Of a stretch of 64,000 nucleotides of DNA, positions 16,551 to 25,804 are shown one piece after another. A program made the position numbers and the translations under genes. The first letter of the stretch is position 1; each line of letters starts with the position of its first letter. The stretch covers positions 62,001 through 126,000 of the IMG/VR virus record IMGVR_UViG_3300036944_001324. One strand, given 5' to 3'. The notes under the pieces are model-generated. The model saw nothing but the letters and a program-made list of their open reading frames with translations. It made no database searches and was not told the origin of the DNA.

Positions 16551-17416
16551 AGTTCGATGATCTCGAAATAGTTGGTTGTGTCTTCCACGCCCGTGGCTGT
16601 TTCCTTGAACAAGCCAACGTGGTCGGTACGCGCACCGTAAGTGATCACGTACGGACTGCGTTCCACTTCGAAGGTGAGGGTATCGATGATCCCGAGGACA
16701 TCACCAGGTGTCTTGACGTTCAAAACCGTCGAAGACACCAATTGACGAACCTGGGCAGGATACACTTCTTCTTCGTAGAAGAGTGTTGTTTGAGGCAGCA
16801 ATTTGCCAGTGGAAGCACCGCCTGCCAAGTTACCACCGAGCAGGTAGCTCAGAGAACTCGTTACGGTCCGGTTGTTACCACCGGAGCTAAAGCGCCAGCT
16901 AGGATCAACCGTAGCAGCATCCCAGCGATCTGCACCCGACCAGACACCCCAGTTGAGCTTGGCGGTGATCATGATTCGGGCTGGGCGTGTGAACGTCAAG
17001 ACGTTACCCACACGGGTGTAGCACTCTCCGAGCATAGCGCGGTGACCCACCAAATCGCGTTCGTAAGCGATAGGCAGTGGATAACTCAGCTGAGCACCTG
17101 TGCGTGTGATGCCAATCTCAGAGTTGCGCAAAGGAATGGTCTTGGGGTTGACATACAGACGGTTGGCCGCTTTGAGTAGCGTGGCGTCGCCTTGCGTGCT
17201 GCGGATGTGTGTACGGATGGTCTGCGCCAGCGTACCACCGGTGTCTGAGGCCAGAGAACCGATGATCTGGGCATCAAAATCACAAATGCTGTCACGCCCG
17301 ATGTGAGCGATCAACTCGTTTGCGATTTGAACAGGTCCGTCTATGAAGATAGACCGAATGTCTTTAACGACCTGGGCTGAGCCCACGAACCGTTCTGGGG
17401 TAGTTTCATCTGGCAT
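16547..17416 (-). CDS. Putative tail-associated protein, probable paralog of 15669..16550
   Basis: 289 aa; its stop overlaps the next start by 4 bp (ATGA); C-terminus TTNYFEIIEL. Confidence 0.55.
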   Translation of the reverse strand: MPDETTPERFVGSAQVVKDIRSIFIDGPVQIANELIAHIGRDSICDFDAQIIGSLASDTGGTLAQTIRTHIRSTQGDATLLKAANRLYVNPKTIPLRNSEIGITRTGAQLSYPLPIAYERDLVGHRAMLGECYTRVGNVLTFTRPARIMITAKLNWGVWSGADRWDAATVDPSWRFSSGGNNRTVTSSLSYLLGGNLAGGASTGKLLPQTTLFYEEEVYPAQVRQLVSSTVLNVKTPGDVLGIIDTLTFEVERSPYVITYGARTDHVGLFKETATGVEDTTNYFEIIEL

Positions 17417-17444
17417 CTAAATACGTTTCCAAAATTGAATATTC

Positions 17445-17484
17445 AAACAAAAGAGGCTACCCCGGTAAAGGAGTAGCCTCTATG
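17445..17484 (-). terminator. Intrinsic terminator (hairpin plus U-tract on the minus strand)
   Basis: Minus strand reads GAGGCTACTCC-TTTACC-GGGGTAGCCTC-TTTTGTTTG. Confidence 0.65.
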
Positions 17485-17489
17485 GGGTG

Positions 17490-19337
17490 TCAAGGAGCGA
17501 TAGCGTAACCGATAGTCAAACCGGATGCGTTACGGATTTCAACCGTACGGCCCGTGCCACCCGTGGCAAAGATGTAGCACATGGCGATGCCATCAGCATT
17601 GTCAATGCGAACCGTCGCTTCAGGATCGACAGTTCCACCAGCAGGGAAACCATAACCCAGAACAACATCGTTGAGGTCACGGATAGCGAACGTTGCAGTA
17701 GGTGCCACGTAACCGCAATCGACCGAGTTCGGACGGTTGTCAATATAGAAACCACCGAAACCATCAGTGATCTTGACCACTTTGGTAGTGCCTTCGCAAT
17801 GCCAGCCAATTTCTTGACCACGCACTGGGACTGGTGCTTCTGTCTCGCGGGGAGATGTCTCCAGTGTCAAGCCTGAGCAAGGCGCGCATGCACCGCACGC
17901 AGCAAACAAGGTTTGGAAAGCACGGATGCTTCGAGCTTGTGCTTCTGGATCTGGGTTCTCGTCATCAGGATCGATCTGCCAGTTGTTGGTGATGAACGCA
18001 CGCATGAAGATCAGCAAGTTGTTGTAGGTGATGTATTCACGAACAGGTTTGCGTGCCAAGATAGTGCGGGTGTCTGCGATGGGCAGGTTCTCAAGCTGAC
18101 CCAAACCCACTTGAATGGCTGTCGTGTCGTGCGGATTGCGTGTATCCGTGATATGGTCTGTCAGGGTCTTCAGGAACAAGTCCGAATCCTTGGCAGTCAT
18201 CAGCTTGGCCCAGATCATCGAGCGCACGCCAGTGCTAGAGATGCTCAGAACGCCCGAGTAAGCCGCGCCAGTTGACAAGTTAAACCCACTGAAAACACCA
18301 CCGCGGTCTTGCGGATTGTTGCTTTCCTTGATGATAGCCCAGCGGCTTGTCGTATTCGTGAGATCAGGATATACAGACCGATCGTGCTGCACACCTGCGA
18401 GAACCGTTGCTTCGTACGTGTCAAAGATCACACGTGCGCCGTTGGTCAGGCTTTCAAGACCCGCCAACGTCGGTAGCATCATCGCACCATAACGCTTGCC
18501 AAGGTTGGTGGTTTCCGAAGAAACCAAACGGCTCAAGAGTTCTTCCTTGAACGCAACCAAGGAACGCAGCGTGATGTAGCGGTCGTTGATGTCACCGCCA
18601 AGGTTGAAGTTCTCACGGGCTGCCCAAGCGCCTTCGTTCTCGTTGGCGAGCGGCATGTTGACCACTTTGCCAAGACCTACAGATTCCTTGGAGAAGTGTT
18701 TCTTGAAGTTGTTGAGATACTCAACCAGTTCGGTGTCAAGGCGATACCGAGCCATCTCATGGATGCCGTTCAAAGCCACCCGTACTTTCTCTTGCAATCC
18801 AAAGATCACAGGAGCATCTGCCCAGACAAGGGCAGAACGCAGACGTTCAAGGGCATAAACCAAGAATTCAAAACCTTGACCATCACCGAGGTCATGGATG
18901 TGAGGTTGCGGAACCACCGTTGAAGGACGGTTGATGATGTCCAGGTAGGAGTCGCTGGTTTGGTTGTCCGTCTGTGTTTCAAGCAGATTGACCAGAGCTT
19001 CGATATTGCCGGAGTAATCGCCACCCAGCGCCTGGTACGTCATCTTCACATTGGACGATACTGCAGGGTTGATGACGATCACCAAACCAACAATCTCTTT
19101 GCCATACTTGATGGTTGGAGACTGATACAGCTCGGCAAAAACGTAGTCGATGTCTTTGGACAGGATGCGATCATTGACAGTATCAACGATGGTGCAACCC
19201 TCTACGTAGATAGCGCCTTGCTCGGGAGCAATAGCGCGAAAACGACGCTCTGAGAGCGTGTGCGGCTCGTTTCGAACGAGGTTATCGGGATTGACGCCGG
19301 TCGTATCCAGCGGGTACCGAACGAGTGTCTGAGGCAT
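17490..19337 (-). CDS. Tail fibre / baseplate-anchored virion protein, paralog A (1 Cys repeat)
   Basis: Likely start MPQTLVRYPLDTTGVNPDNLVRNEPH (ATG 19337). Contains the fibre motif HITDTRNPHDTTAIQVGLGQLENLP and one C-x(9-10)-DG.GG-...-CGY repeat. Confidence 0.7.
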   Translation of the reverse strand: MPQTLVRYPLDTTGVNPDNLVRNEPHTLSERRFRAIAPEQGAIYVEGCTIVDTVNDRILSKDIDYVFAELYQSPTIKYGKEIVGLVIVINPAVSSNVKMTYQALGGDYSGNIEALVNLLETQTDNQTSDSYLDIINRPSTVVPQPHIHDLGDGQGFEFLVYALERLRSALVWADAPVIFGLQEKVRVALNGIHEMARYRLDTELVEYLNNFKKHFSKESVGLGKVVNMPLANENEGAWAARENFNLGGDINDRYITLRSLVAFKEELLSRLVSSETTNLGKRYGAMMLPTLAGLESLTNGARVIFDTYEATVLAGVQHDRSVYPDLTNTTSRWAIIKESNNPQDRGGVFSGFNLSTGAAYSGVLSISSTGVRSMIWAKLMTAKDSDLFLKTLTDHITDTRNPHDTTAIQVGLGQLENLPIADTRTILARKPVREYITYNNLLIFMRAFITNNWQIDPDDENPDPEAQARSIRAFQTLFAACGACAPCSGLTLETSPRETEAPVPVRGQEIGWHCEGTTKVVKITDGFGGFYIDNRPNSVDCGYVAPTATFAIRDLNDVVLGYGFPAGGTVDPEATVRIDNADGIAMCYIFATGGTGRTVEIRNASGLTIGYAIAP

Positions 19338-19475
19338 GAGGTAGACGTGCTCCGAAATTGAATTAGTGGGCGACAACAGCGAAAGGCCCACACCTAGATC
19401 GCTATACGCAAAAAGAAAAGAAGCCAGGGTTTATCGCCCAGTGTCATAGTTATTTTTGATCGGCCTGACTGCTTA

Positions 19476-19522
19476 GACAACATAAAGAGGAGACCCTTGT
19501 GAGGTCTCCTCTTTTATGCCGT
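19476..19522. terminator. Hairpin of the CATA...TATGCCGT family
   Basis: GACAACATAAAGAGGAGACC-CTTGTGA-GGTCTCCTCTTTTATGCCGT. Confidence 0.8.
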
Positions 19523-22500
19523 TAGGCGAAGTAGCGCGTAAAGTTCGGGCTACGAACGCCGACTTGCGGAGCGATTGCAAAGCAAACGTAAGCACCGCGC
19601 GGAGTTACACCGTTGTCGTAGATGCTAAACTGCGTGGATGCAGCACCACTGGCGTTGGTCGTCAGGTTCAAAGTAGAACCCACTGCGCGAGTGATACCTT
19701 GGGCATTCGGATAGAAACCAAATGCAGTCAGGTTAGCCGTTGTCTCGATCCAGCACTCCACGACGTACGTGGTGTTGGGTGAGAACCCAGTCAAGCGAAC
19801 GTACTGTGTTTCAGTGACGCCCGGTGTGATGGTCGTGTGACTGCTGTAGTACTGGATGACAGGGTTGTACGGAGCAGGCGTAGGTGCAGGTGTACCAACG
19901 AAGGTACGAACAAACTGCGCAGACTGCAGGTTGTTAAATGCAGGTGCGACAGCCCAGCAAGTGTAAGCACCGCGTGGTAGGCTGACACCATCGTCGTAAG
20001 AGTTCACGGAGTAGATACCGTAACCACTTGCATTGGTAGTGATCGACACCGTAGTGGTTTTTCGGGTCTGCGGTGAAGGCAGTGCCGGCGAGTACAGCCA
20101 CAGCTCAATGGCGTACGTGGTGTTAGGAGCAGCCCCACTCAGTGTTGCGGAGATCGTTTCCGTGACACCTGCCGAGATCGTGCTGTGGGTACTGGAGTAC
20201 GTCAAGACAGGATTCAGAGGTGCTGGTGTTGGTGCTGGTGTACCGATGAACGAACGTGACACCGATGGTGATACCTTGTTCAGCGAAGTGGCAACCACCC
20301 AAGAGATGTAAACACCGCGGGGCGTGGACACACCGTCGTCTGGTGGGTTGTTCAAAACGAAACTACCGTTACCAAGCTGGTTGGTGGTAATCGTTGCCGT
20401 GCCAGCAGCACGCGTCTGTGGCGGTGGAACCGCTGTCGATGTGAACCAGAACTCGATCGGATACGTCGTGTTCGGTGCGGCATTGGTAATGGTCGCGGTG
20501 ATCGTTTCAGCAATACCGGGACTGATCGTCGTGTGCGATGTCGAGTACGTAATGTTAGCGTTAACGGGCGCAGGAGTCGGAGCAGGCGTTGGCGCTTGCG
20601 TTGGACTTGCCATGAACGTACGTGTAACCTTCACCGACTCGATAGAGAGCGATGGTACAGTCACCCAGCATTGATAAACACCGCGTGGAACACCGACTCC
20701 GTCGTCCGGCGGATTGTTGATAGTGTTAGTACCAGTTCCCTGAGCGTTGGTAGTAAGTGAAACGATACCTGCCGAGCGTGTTTGTGGGGCTGGCAAAGAC
20801 GATGAGAACAACCAGTACTCGATCTGGTACGTGGTGTTAGGAGCGGCACCTGTCAGCGTAGCTGTGATGGTTTCCGTGTCGCCAGGGTAAATGGTCGTGC
20901 GGGTTGTCGCGTAAACAATCGTTGCCGGCGTCGTGTTAGCAACAAAGGTACGAACTACCTTGGGAGCGGTAACAGGAATCGATGCAATCTCAGCCCACGA
21001 TTCATAAGAACCACGAGGAGTAGATACACCGTCATCAGCAGGGTTGTTGATCACATGCGTGGCCGTACCCTGAGAGTTGGTGGTGATAGACACCGTTCCA
21101 GCTGGTCGAGTTTGTGGCGGAGGCAATGCTGCCGAGGTCAACCAATAGGTCAATTGGTAAGTAGTGTTCGGTGCAGCGCCGGTCAACGTTACCGTAATGG
21201 TTTCGGTTTGACCCATGCTAATCGTTGTCCGATTAGTGGCGTACAGCAGCGTCGGGGTACCAGGAGAAGTCCCGCCCGTGAACGTCCGATCGATGGTGTT
21301 GGACACCGCTTCGAACTCAGCGCATTCCACCCACGAGGTGTAAACACCACGAGGAATCTGACCATCGTCAGTAACTTGCAGGATTTCGATGGCTGTGCCT
21401 TGTGCATCGGTAGTCACCATCACCTTGCCAGCGCTTTGTTTGCCACCAACAGCAGTGGAGTCGATCCAGAATTCGATTTCGTATTCTGTATTGGGTTGTG
21501 CGCCACGCAGCGTAGCTGTGATGGTTTCAACTGTTCCTGGTGTGATGGTCGTGTGACTGGTAGCGTACTCCATTGTCACCGAGCCTGGAGCTGGCGTCTC
21601 CGAAGGATCTGGTGTCCCGCCAGTGCCTGGAGGGGTTGGGTAGATCGTACCACCGCAGATGTAGGTGTTGATCATGCTAGGCATGTCGTAGTAACCGCCA
21701 TGACCGTCGGCATAACGCACCATCTGGTTCACACCAGAGCAGAACGTTGCGATCTGTGTACCGGCCTTCGGGTTCTCAACGTATCCGCAATCCGGATCGT
21801 TCGCTTTGATAACCTCACGGTTAGAACCACCCTTACCGTCGGCGTACAGGACCACCTTGTCGTAGCCTTCACAAGCCTCGCTGATCTTCTCACCTTGTTT
21901 GGGTACGTTGAAGTACTTGCAGTCGTCGCTATCGCTTTGGGCAAGACGGTCGACATGACCGCCCTTACCGTCAGCCCAGCGTACGTACTTGTCAGTTCCA
22001 TCACAAAAGGAGCTGAGGAACGTGTCTTTGTTCGGATACTTCGTGCCGTCTGGACCGTAGCCGCTGCCATCGTCACTGCATGGTGCGAAGATGATCTTGG
22101 CGTCATCCATCGGGTTGTTTTCAAGATCCACCAACCCATCGTCACCACGCACCAACTCGATACCTTCCATGTGGGCACGCATGTGGTACATGAGTGCATC
22201 CATCGTCACCAGTTTCCGGGTGGAAGTGCGAGACAGGATATCGTCAACCGTCACGACTGGAAGGTTTTCCAGCTTCTCAAGCTTGATGTCATCCTTGGTT
22301 ACATCGTGCGGGTTGTTGTTGGCTTTGACGTGATCTTCCACCAATTGCTTCAGATCCAGAGAATCCGACTGGAAGTAGTAGCGGTGCCAAGTCAACGGAC
22401 TTGCACACCGCGCAGCTGTGAGAATACCAAGGTACATCTCACCAGTGCGTGCATTGATGCCTTTCAAGAAACACCCAGTACCAGCAGTGTCCCCTACGAG

Positions 22501-23505
22501 CTTCGTGATGATGAATTGGTCATCGAGCGGGTAGCCAACGGGGTACATCCCTTCCGAGGCCTTGATCGTCTTGGCTGCAAGCCGTGGAGACGGAAGCGTG
22601 AAAACCGTACCGTGCCGAGCAACATAGATGCTACCGCGCTGTGGGTCTTCGATCTGACCGAACTCTTCACCCAAGTTGGTAGAGCTAGACTCTACTACGC
22701 GTGTCACCAAAGATGTAGCGAACATACCCAAACCACGAAGGTTCACGTAGCGATCGTCCTCGTACGACGGCGATACAAACGCCCCACCAGCCGCAGCACC
22801 TGCGTGCTCGTTAGCCAGTACGTAGTTGCGCATCAGGTCAAGACCGAACTGGAACAGCGACATAGTGCTTTTCCATTCGTTGAACTTGTCCAGAACCACG
22901 TTGTCAACAACGACAGTCGAGTTAAAGCGCAGAGCATCAAGCCCTGCGTCGATGTTTCGGTTAGCTTCGTCCCACGACGCGCTAGAACCGATCTCAATGG
23001 CTGTCTTGACATCGCCGAGCGCAGCGGTGACACGCTCCCAACCGTACACATGGGCGAGCAAGTGCAGGTGAGCAGCCGGTTTGAAGTACTTGGGGATGTC
23101 TTTGATCACAGACCAATCAACAACACCAGTGGATTCGTTTCTGCGGTCAGCCAGCCACTGAACAAGTTCATTGGCGTTGCGTGAGTTCGGACCACCGTAG
23201 GCTTGGTAGTCGATAGCAAGTTCGGCTGCTGCAAGTGGATCGGTAACGATCATTGCATGAAAGACAGCTTTACCAGACCGCGTGGAAGCTTCTTCCCACA
23301 GATCCACGAACGTGAACTGTGACTCCAGCAGATCCGTATCAGTAGCGGGGTCAAAGATGCGGAAGTCATCTTTGTAAAAGGCGCCGTAGCGCGGGATGAT
23401 CATGCGGCGTGTCCCCGGCGCAGGTGAGTGATGCTCGCCCAAAACGCGGTTATTAGGAGACAGCCCAGTCACGTCCAAAGGAAGAACGGCAATGGGGTTA
23501 GGCAT
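19522..23505 (-). CDS. Tail fibre / adhesin, paralog B (3 Cys repeats plus 6 Ig-like repeats)
   Basis: 1327 aa; shared N-terminus LPLDVTGLSPNNRVLGEHH; fibre motif HVKANNNPHDVTKDDIKLEKLENLP; repeats visible in the translation with PTPAP linkers. Confidence 0.8.
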   Translation of the reverse strand: MPNPIAVLPLDVTGLSPNNRVLGEHHSPAPGTRRMIIPRYGAFYKDDFRIFDPATDTDLLESQFTFVDLWEEASTRSGKAVFHAMIVTDPLAAAELAIDYQAYGGPNSRNANELVQWLADRRNESTGVVDWSVIKDIPKYFKPAAHLHLLAHVYGWERVTAALGDVKTAIEIGSSASWDEANRNIDAGLDALRFNSTVVVDNVVLDKFNEWKSTMSLFQFGLDLMRNYVLANEHAGAAAGGAFVSPSYEDDRYVNLRGLGMFATSLVTRVVESSSTNLGEEFGQIEDPQRGSIYVARHGTVFTLPSPRLAAKTIKASEGMYPVGYPLDDQFIITKLVGDTAGTGCFLKGINARTGEMYLGILTAARCASPLTWHRYYFQSDSLDLKQLVEDHVKANNNPHDVTKDDIKLEKLENLPVVTVDDILSRTSTRKLVTMDALMYHMRAHMEGIELVRGDDGLVDLENNPMDDAKIIFAPCSDDGSGYGPDGTKYPNKDTFLSSFCDGTDKYVRWADGKGGHVDRLAQSDSDDCKYFNVPKQGEKISEACEGYDKVVLYADGKGGSNREVIKANDPDCGYVENPKAGTQIATFCSGVNQMVRYADGHGGYYDMPSMINTYICGGTIYPTPPGTGGTPDPSETPAPGSVTMEYATSHTTITPGTVETITATLRGAQPNTEYEIEFWIDSTAVGGKQSAGKVMVTTDAQGTAIEILQVTDDGQIPRGVYTSWVECAEFEAVSNTIDRTFTGGTSPGTPTLLYATNRTTISMGQTETITVTLTGAAPNTTYQLTYWLTSAALPPPQTRPAGTVSITTNSQGTATHVINNPADDGVSTPRGSYESWAEIASIPVTAPKVVRTFVANTTPATIVYATTRTTIYPGDTETITATLTGAAPNTTYQIEYWLFSSSLPAPQTRSAGIVSLTTNAQGTGTNTINNPPDDGVGVPRGVYQCWVTVPSLSIESVKVTRTFMASPTQAPTPAPTPAPVNANITYSTSHTTISPGIAETITATITNAAPNTTYPIEFWFTSTAVPPPQTRAAGTATITTNQLGNGSFVLNNPPDDGVSTPRGVYISWVVATSLNKVSPSVSRSFIGTPAPTPAPLNPVLTYSSTHSTISAGVTETISATLSGAAPNTTYAIELWLYSPALPSPQTRKTTTVSITTNASGYGIYSVNSYDDGVSLPRGAYTCWAVAPAFNNLQSAQFVRTFVGTPAPTPAPYNPVIQYYSSHTTITPGVTETQYVRLTGFSPNTTYVVECWIETTANLTAFGFYPNAQGITRAVGSTLNLTTNASGAASTQFSIYDNGVTPRGAYVCFAIAPQVGVRSPNFTRYFA
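19525..21580 (-). repeat. Six tandem ~105-115 aa Ig-like repeats within paralog B
   Basis: Consensus Y(A/S)(T/S)xxTTIxPGxTETITATLxGAxPNTTYxIExW...TTNxxG...DDGxxxPRGxYxxW...RTF, read from the translation. The copies are diverged at DNA level. Confidence 0.9.
21650..22045 (-). repeat. Three tandem ~44-aa Cys-pair repeats within paralog B
   Basis: Pattern PxxGxxhxxxCxGxxxxxxxADGxGG...CxY occurs three times. Confidence 0.85.
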
Positions 23506-23530
23506 AAAAGGAAATTAGTTCAATTCAAAC

Positions 23531-23602
23531 AGGCATAAACCCAAGGTACCAGAAAGCTCTTCCGTAAAGAAGTAGGCCTTCGAAGTACCTTGGGTTATGT
23601 TG
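23531..23602. terminator. Long hairpin of the GGCATA...TATG family
   Basis: AGGCATAAACCCAAGGTAC...GTACCTTGGGTTATGT. Confidence 0.65.
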
Positions 23603-23617
23603 GCTCTCTAGGAGCTA

Positions 23618-25618
23618 TTACGCGCGCCAGCCGAGGAACGTACGTGCAACGCGTGGTGCCGCCTTACCCGTAGCCGTCTCAACAACCCAGCTGTTGTAAA
23701 CGCCAACTGGGAACATCGGGTCAGTGATAACCGTGATGCGCGAGACGCCGTTACCGGAGCCATCGGTAGTCACTGTGATCGTGCCACCCGAACGCTCTTG
23801 TGGAGCAGGCAGCGCAGTGGAGTGCAGACGGAACTCACACGTGAAGGTGCGGTTAGGCTCCCAACCCGTCATGATCACGCTGATGATTTCGCTATCACCG
23901 TACCACGTCTGCGTGTTGCTCGACGAGTACTGGATGTTACGTGGCAACGAAGGCGTTTGCGTCGGTGCGGGTGTGTTTTGATAACCGCACTCCGTAGAGT
24001 TGACGGTAATGGTAACGTTGTACGTTCCACCGCTGCCGTTGGCGCGGATCTCCTGGCGGTTAAAGCCATTGCAGGTGTAACCGAGAACGGTACCAGCTGG
24101 AGGATGCGTCTGTGTAGGTGGTGTAGTTGGCACCACGTATCCGCAATCGGTAGAGTTGCGGGTAAGGATGGCGTCGTACGTTCCACCAGAACCATCGGTG
24201 TAAGTACCCCACTGGTCAAAGCCACGGCATTCGTAGCCGATGAGAGAACCTGCTGGCGGATGAACCACCACTTGGCACTGAGACGAGTTGAGAACGCGAT
24301 CGAGCGTGATACCACCGGAGCCATTGGCAATCGAGCGTACAAGCGTCGTGCCTTCGCACACCGTCGACAGAACTGTACCGGCTGGAGGATACTCACCACC
24401 AGACTTACATTGCGGCGCGTCTGCTTGGATCAGCTCAGAGTACACACCACCATGACCGTCTGCCTTCAGACCCATCAGTGTAGTGCCAGAGCAGTACTGG
24501 GTGAGGATTTCGCCCTTTGGAGGGTGAGCAATCGGAGTAGTGGTTTGGTAACCGCAAGTCGTGTCCTTGGGTTGAATGATCGATTCGTACGTTCCACCCT
24601 TACCGTCAGCGTACGTACCGATACGGTCATAATGCACGTTGCAGTACGTGTGAAGCAGAGCGCCCTGTGGAATGGGTGGGGCAGTCGTAGCTGTAGCGCC
24701 GCAACCATGGATACCCATGTAGTCGATCAATGCATCGAAGGTCACGTATTTTTCAACACGTGCGGCGCGCAGAATATCGTCACGGGTTACCACGGGGAGG
24801 TTGCGCACGGCACCCAGACCCACGCTTTGAGCGGTGGCGCTGTGGATTTCCGTGTTCGCCATGTGGGTCACGAAAGTTTCGATCAAATCAGAAATGGTCA
24901 GGATGCCCAGAGCATCCAGCACAGCCCGAAGCGTAGCCGGTGTGATCAAAGTGGTGTTACTCTCACCAGCAACTGCATCGATTGCAGACGCAGGCCCAAA
25001 GTTCTGCACTTTGTCCAGACCGATCTGATCCTTATTAACCTGGTGAGGGTTGAGCAGGTTACGAACGTGGTTGTACTCATCACCGCTGGCCCGTGCCAAG
25101 ATAGCGGTAGCGATCTGAATGATCGCGTTGACCACTTCGGTCTGACCCACCATGTCGGAGAAGTTCCACGGGTGATCCGTGGGTGTGAACATCGCCGGCA
25201 AGTTGGCGATCTGCTCCCAAGTCAAAGCACGCGGATTCTTGACGATGTCAGCAATAGCTGTCGTCATTGCAGCTGTGTCAAGCGTCCATTGTCCACCGAC
25301 GGTCTGGTACTCGAGAATGTACTCGGTGTCTTCAGACACGTTCAGTGGGACCACTGCCGAGTACACATCCTTGGCAGTCGACAGTGACGCACCAACGAAA
25401 TGCAAACCGAAGTGGAAGTCAACCCCGTAGACGAGCGGGAGCAACGAAGCCCCGGCCCGTTTGAACACCCGCATCGATTCAGCGTAGAACGGTGCGAACT
25501 TCGGAATCAAGAAATGGTAGTCACGGGTATTGTCGTACGTGACAACCTGCGGTTCAGCAAGAACCCGGTTCGTCAGTGCGACCCCCGTGCGGTCCTCTGG
25601 ATAGGTATAAGTGGTCAT
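23618..25618 (-). CDS. Tail fibre / adhesin, paralog C (5 Cys repeats plus 1 Ig-like repeat)
   Basis: 666 aa; N-terminus YPEDRTGVALTNRVLAEPQ; fibre motif HVRNLLNPHQVNKDQIGLDKVQNF; five Cys repeats (about 23981-24677) and one terminal Ig-like unit (about 23621-23945). Confidence 0.8.
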   Translation of the reverse strand: MTTYTYPEDRTGVALTNRVLAEPQVVTYDNTRDYHFLIPKFAPFYAESMRVFKRAGASLLPLVYGVDFHFGLHFVGASLSTAKDVYSAVVPLNVSEDTEYILEYQTVGGQWTLDTAAMTTAIADIVKNPRALTWEQIANLPAMFTPTDHPWNFSDMVGQTEVVNAIIQIATAILARASGDEYNHVRNLLNPHQVNKDQIGLDKVQNFGPASAIDAVAGESNTTLITPATLRAVLDALGILTISDLIETFVTHMANTEIHSATAQSVGLGAVRNLPVVTRDDILRAARVEKYVTFDALIDYMGIHGCGATATTAPPIPQGALLHTYCNVHYDRIGTYADGKGGTYESIIQPKDTTCGYQTTTPIAHPPKGEILTQYCSGTTLMGLKADGHGGVYSELIQADAPQCKSGGEYPPAGTVLSTVCEGTTLVRSIANGSGGITLDRVLNSSQCQVVVHPPAGSLIGYECRGFDQWGTYTDGSGGTYDAILTRNSTDCGYVVPTTPPTQTHPPAGTVLGYTCNGFNRQEIRANGSGGTYNVTITVNSTECGYQNTPAPTQTPSLPRNIQYSSSNTQTWYGDSEIISVIMTGWEPNRTFTCEFRLHSTALPAPQERSGGTITVTTDGSGNGVSRITVITDPMFPVGVYNSWVVETATGKAAPRVARTFLGWRA

Positions 25619-25804
25619 AGAGCCCTATGGGTGCGATAAGAAACGATTCATGCCTGTGAAAGTCGGAACGAAGCCAGCCAACATGCTATAGATGCAAGTC
25701 CATAAGACCCACCGATAGCTAAACCTTAAAAACACGCCCTTGTGACGTGCTTAAGTTTCCAGCTCGAGTAACTATAGTATTTTCAAAGAAGGAATGTACT
25801 CGCT

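Noticed and set aside
19525-24677. Possible diversity-generating retroelement (TR/VR) in the repeated fibre domains
   Set aside because: The repeats differ at all base types with many synonymous changes, not only at adenines; no near-identical ~100-bp pair and no reverse transcriptase is in the window.
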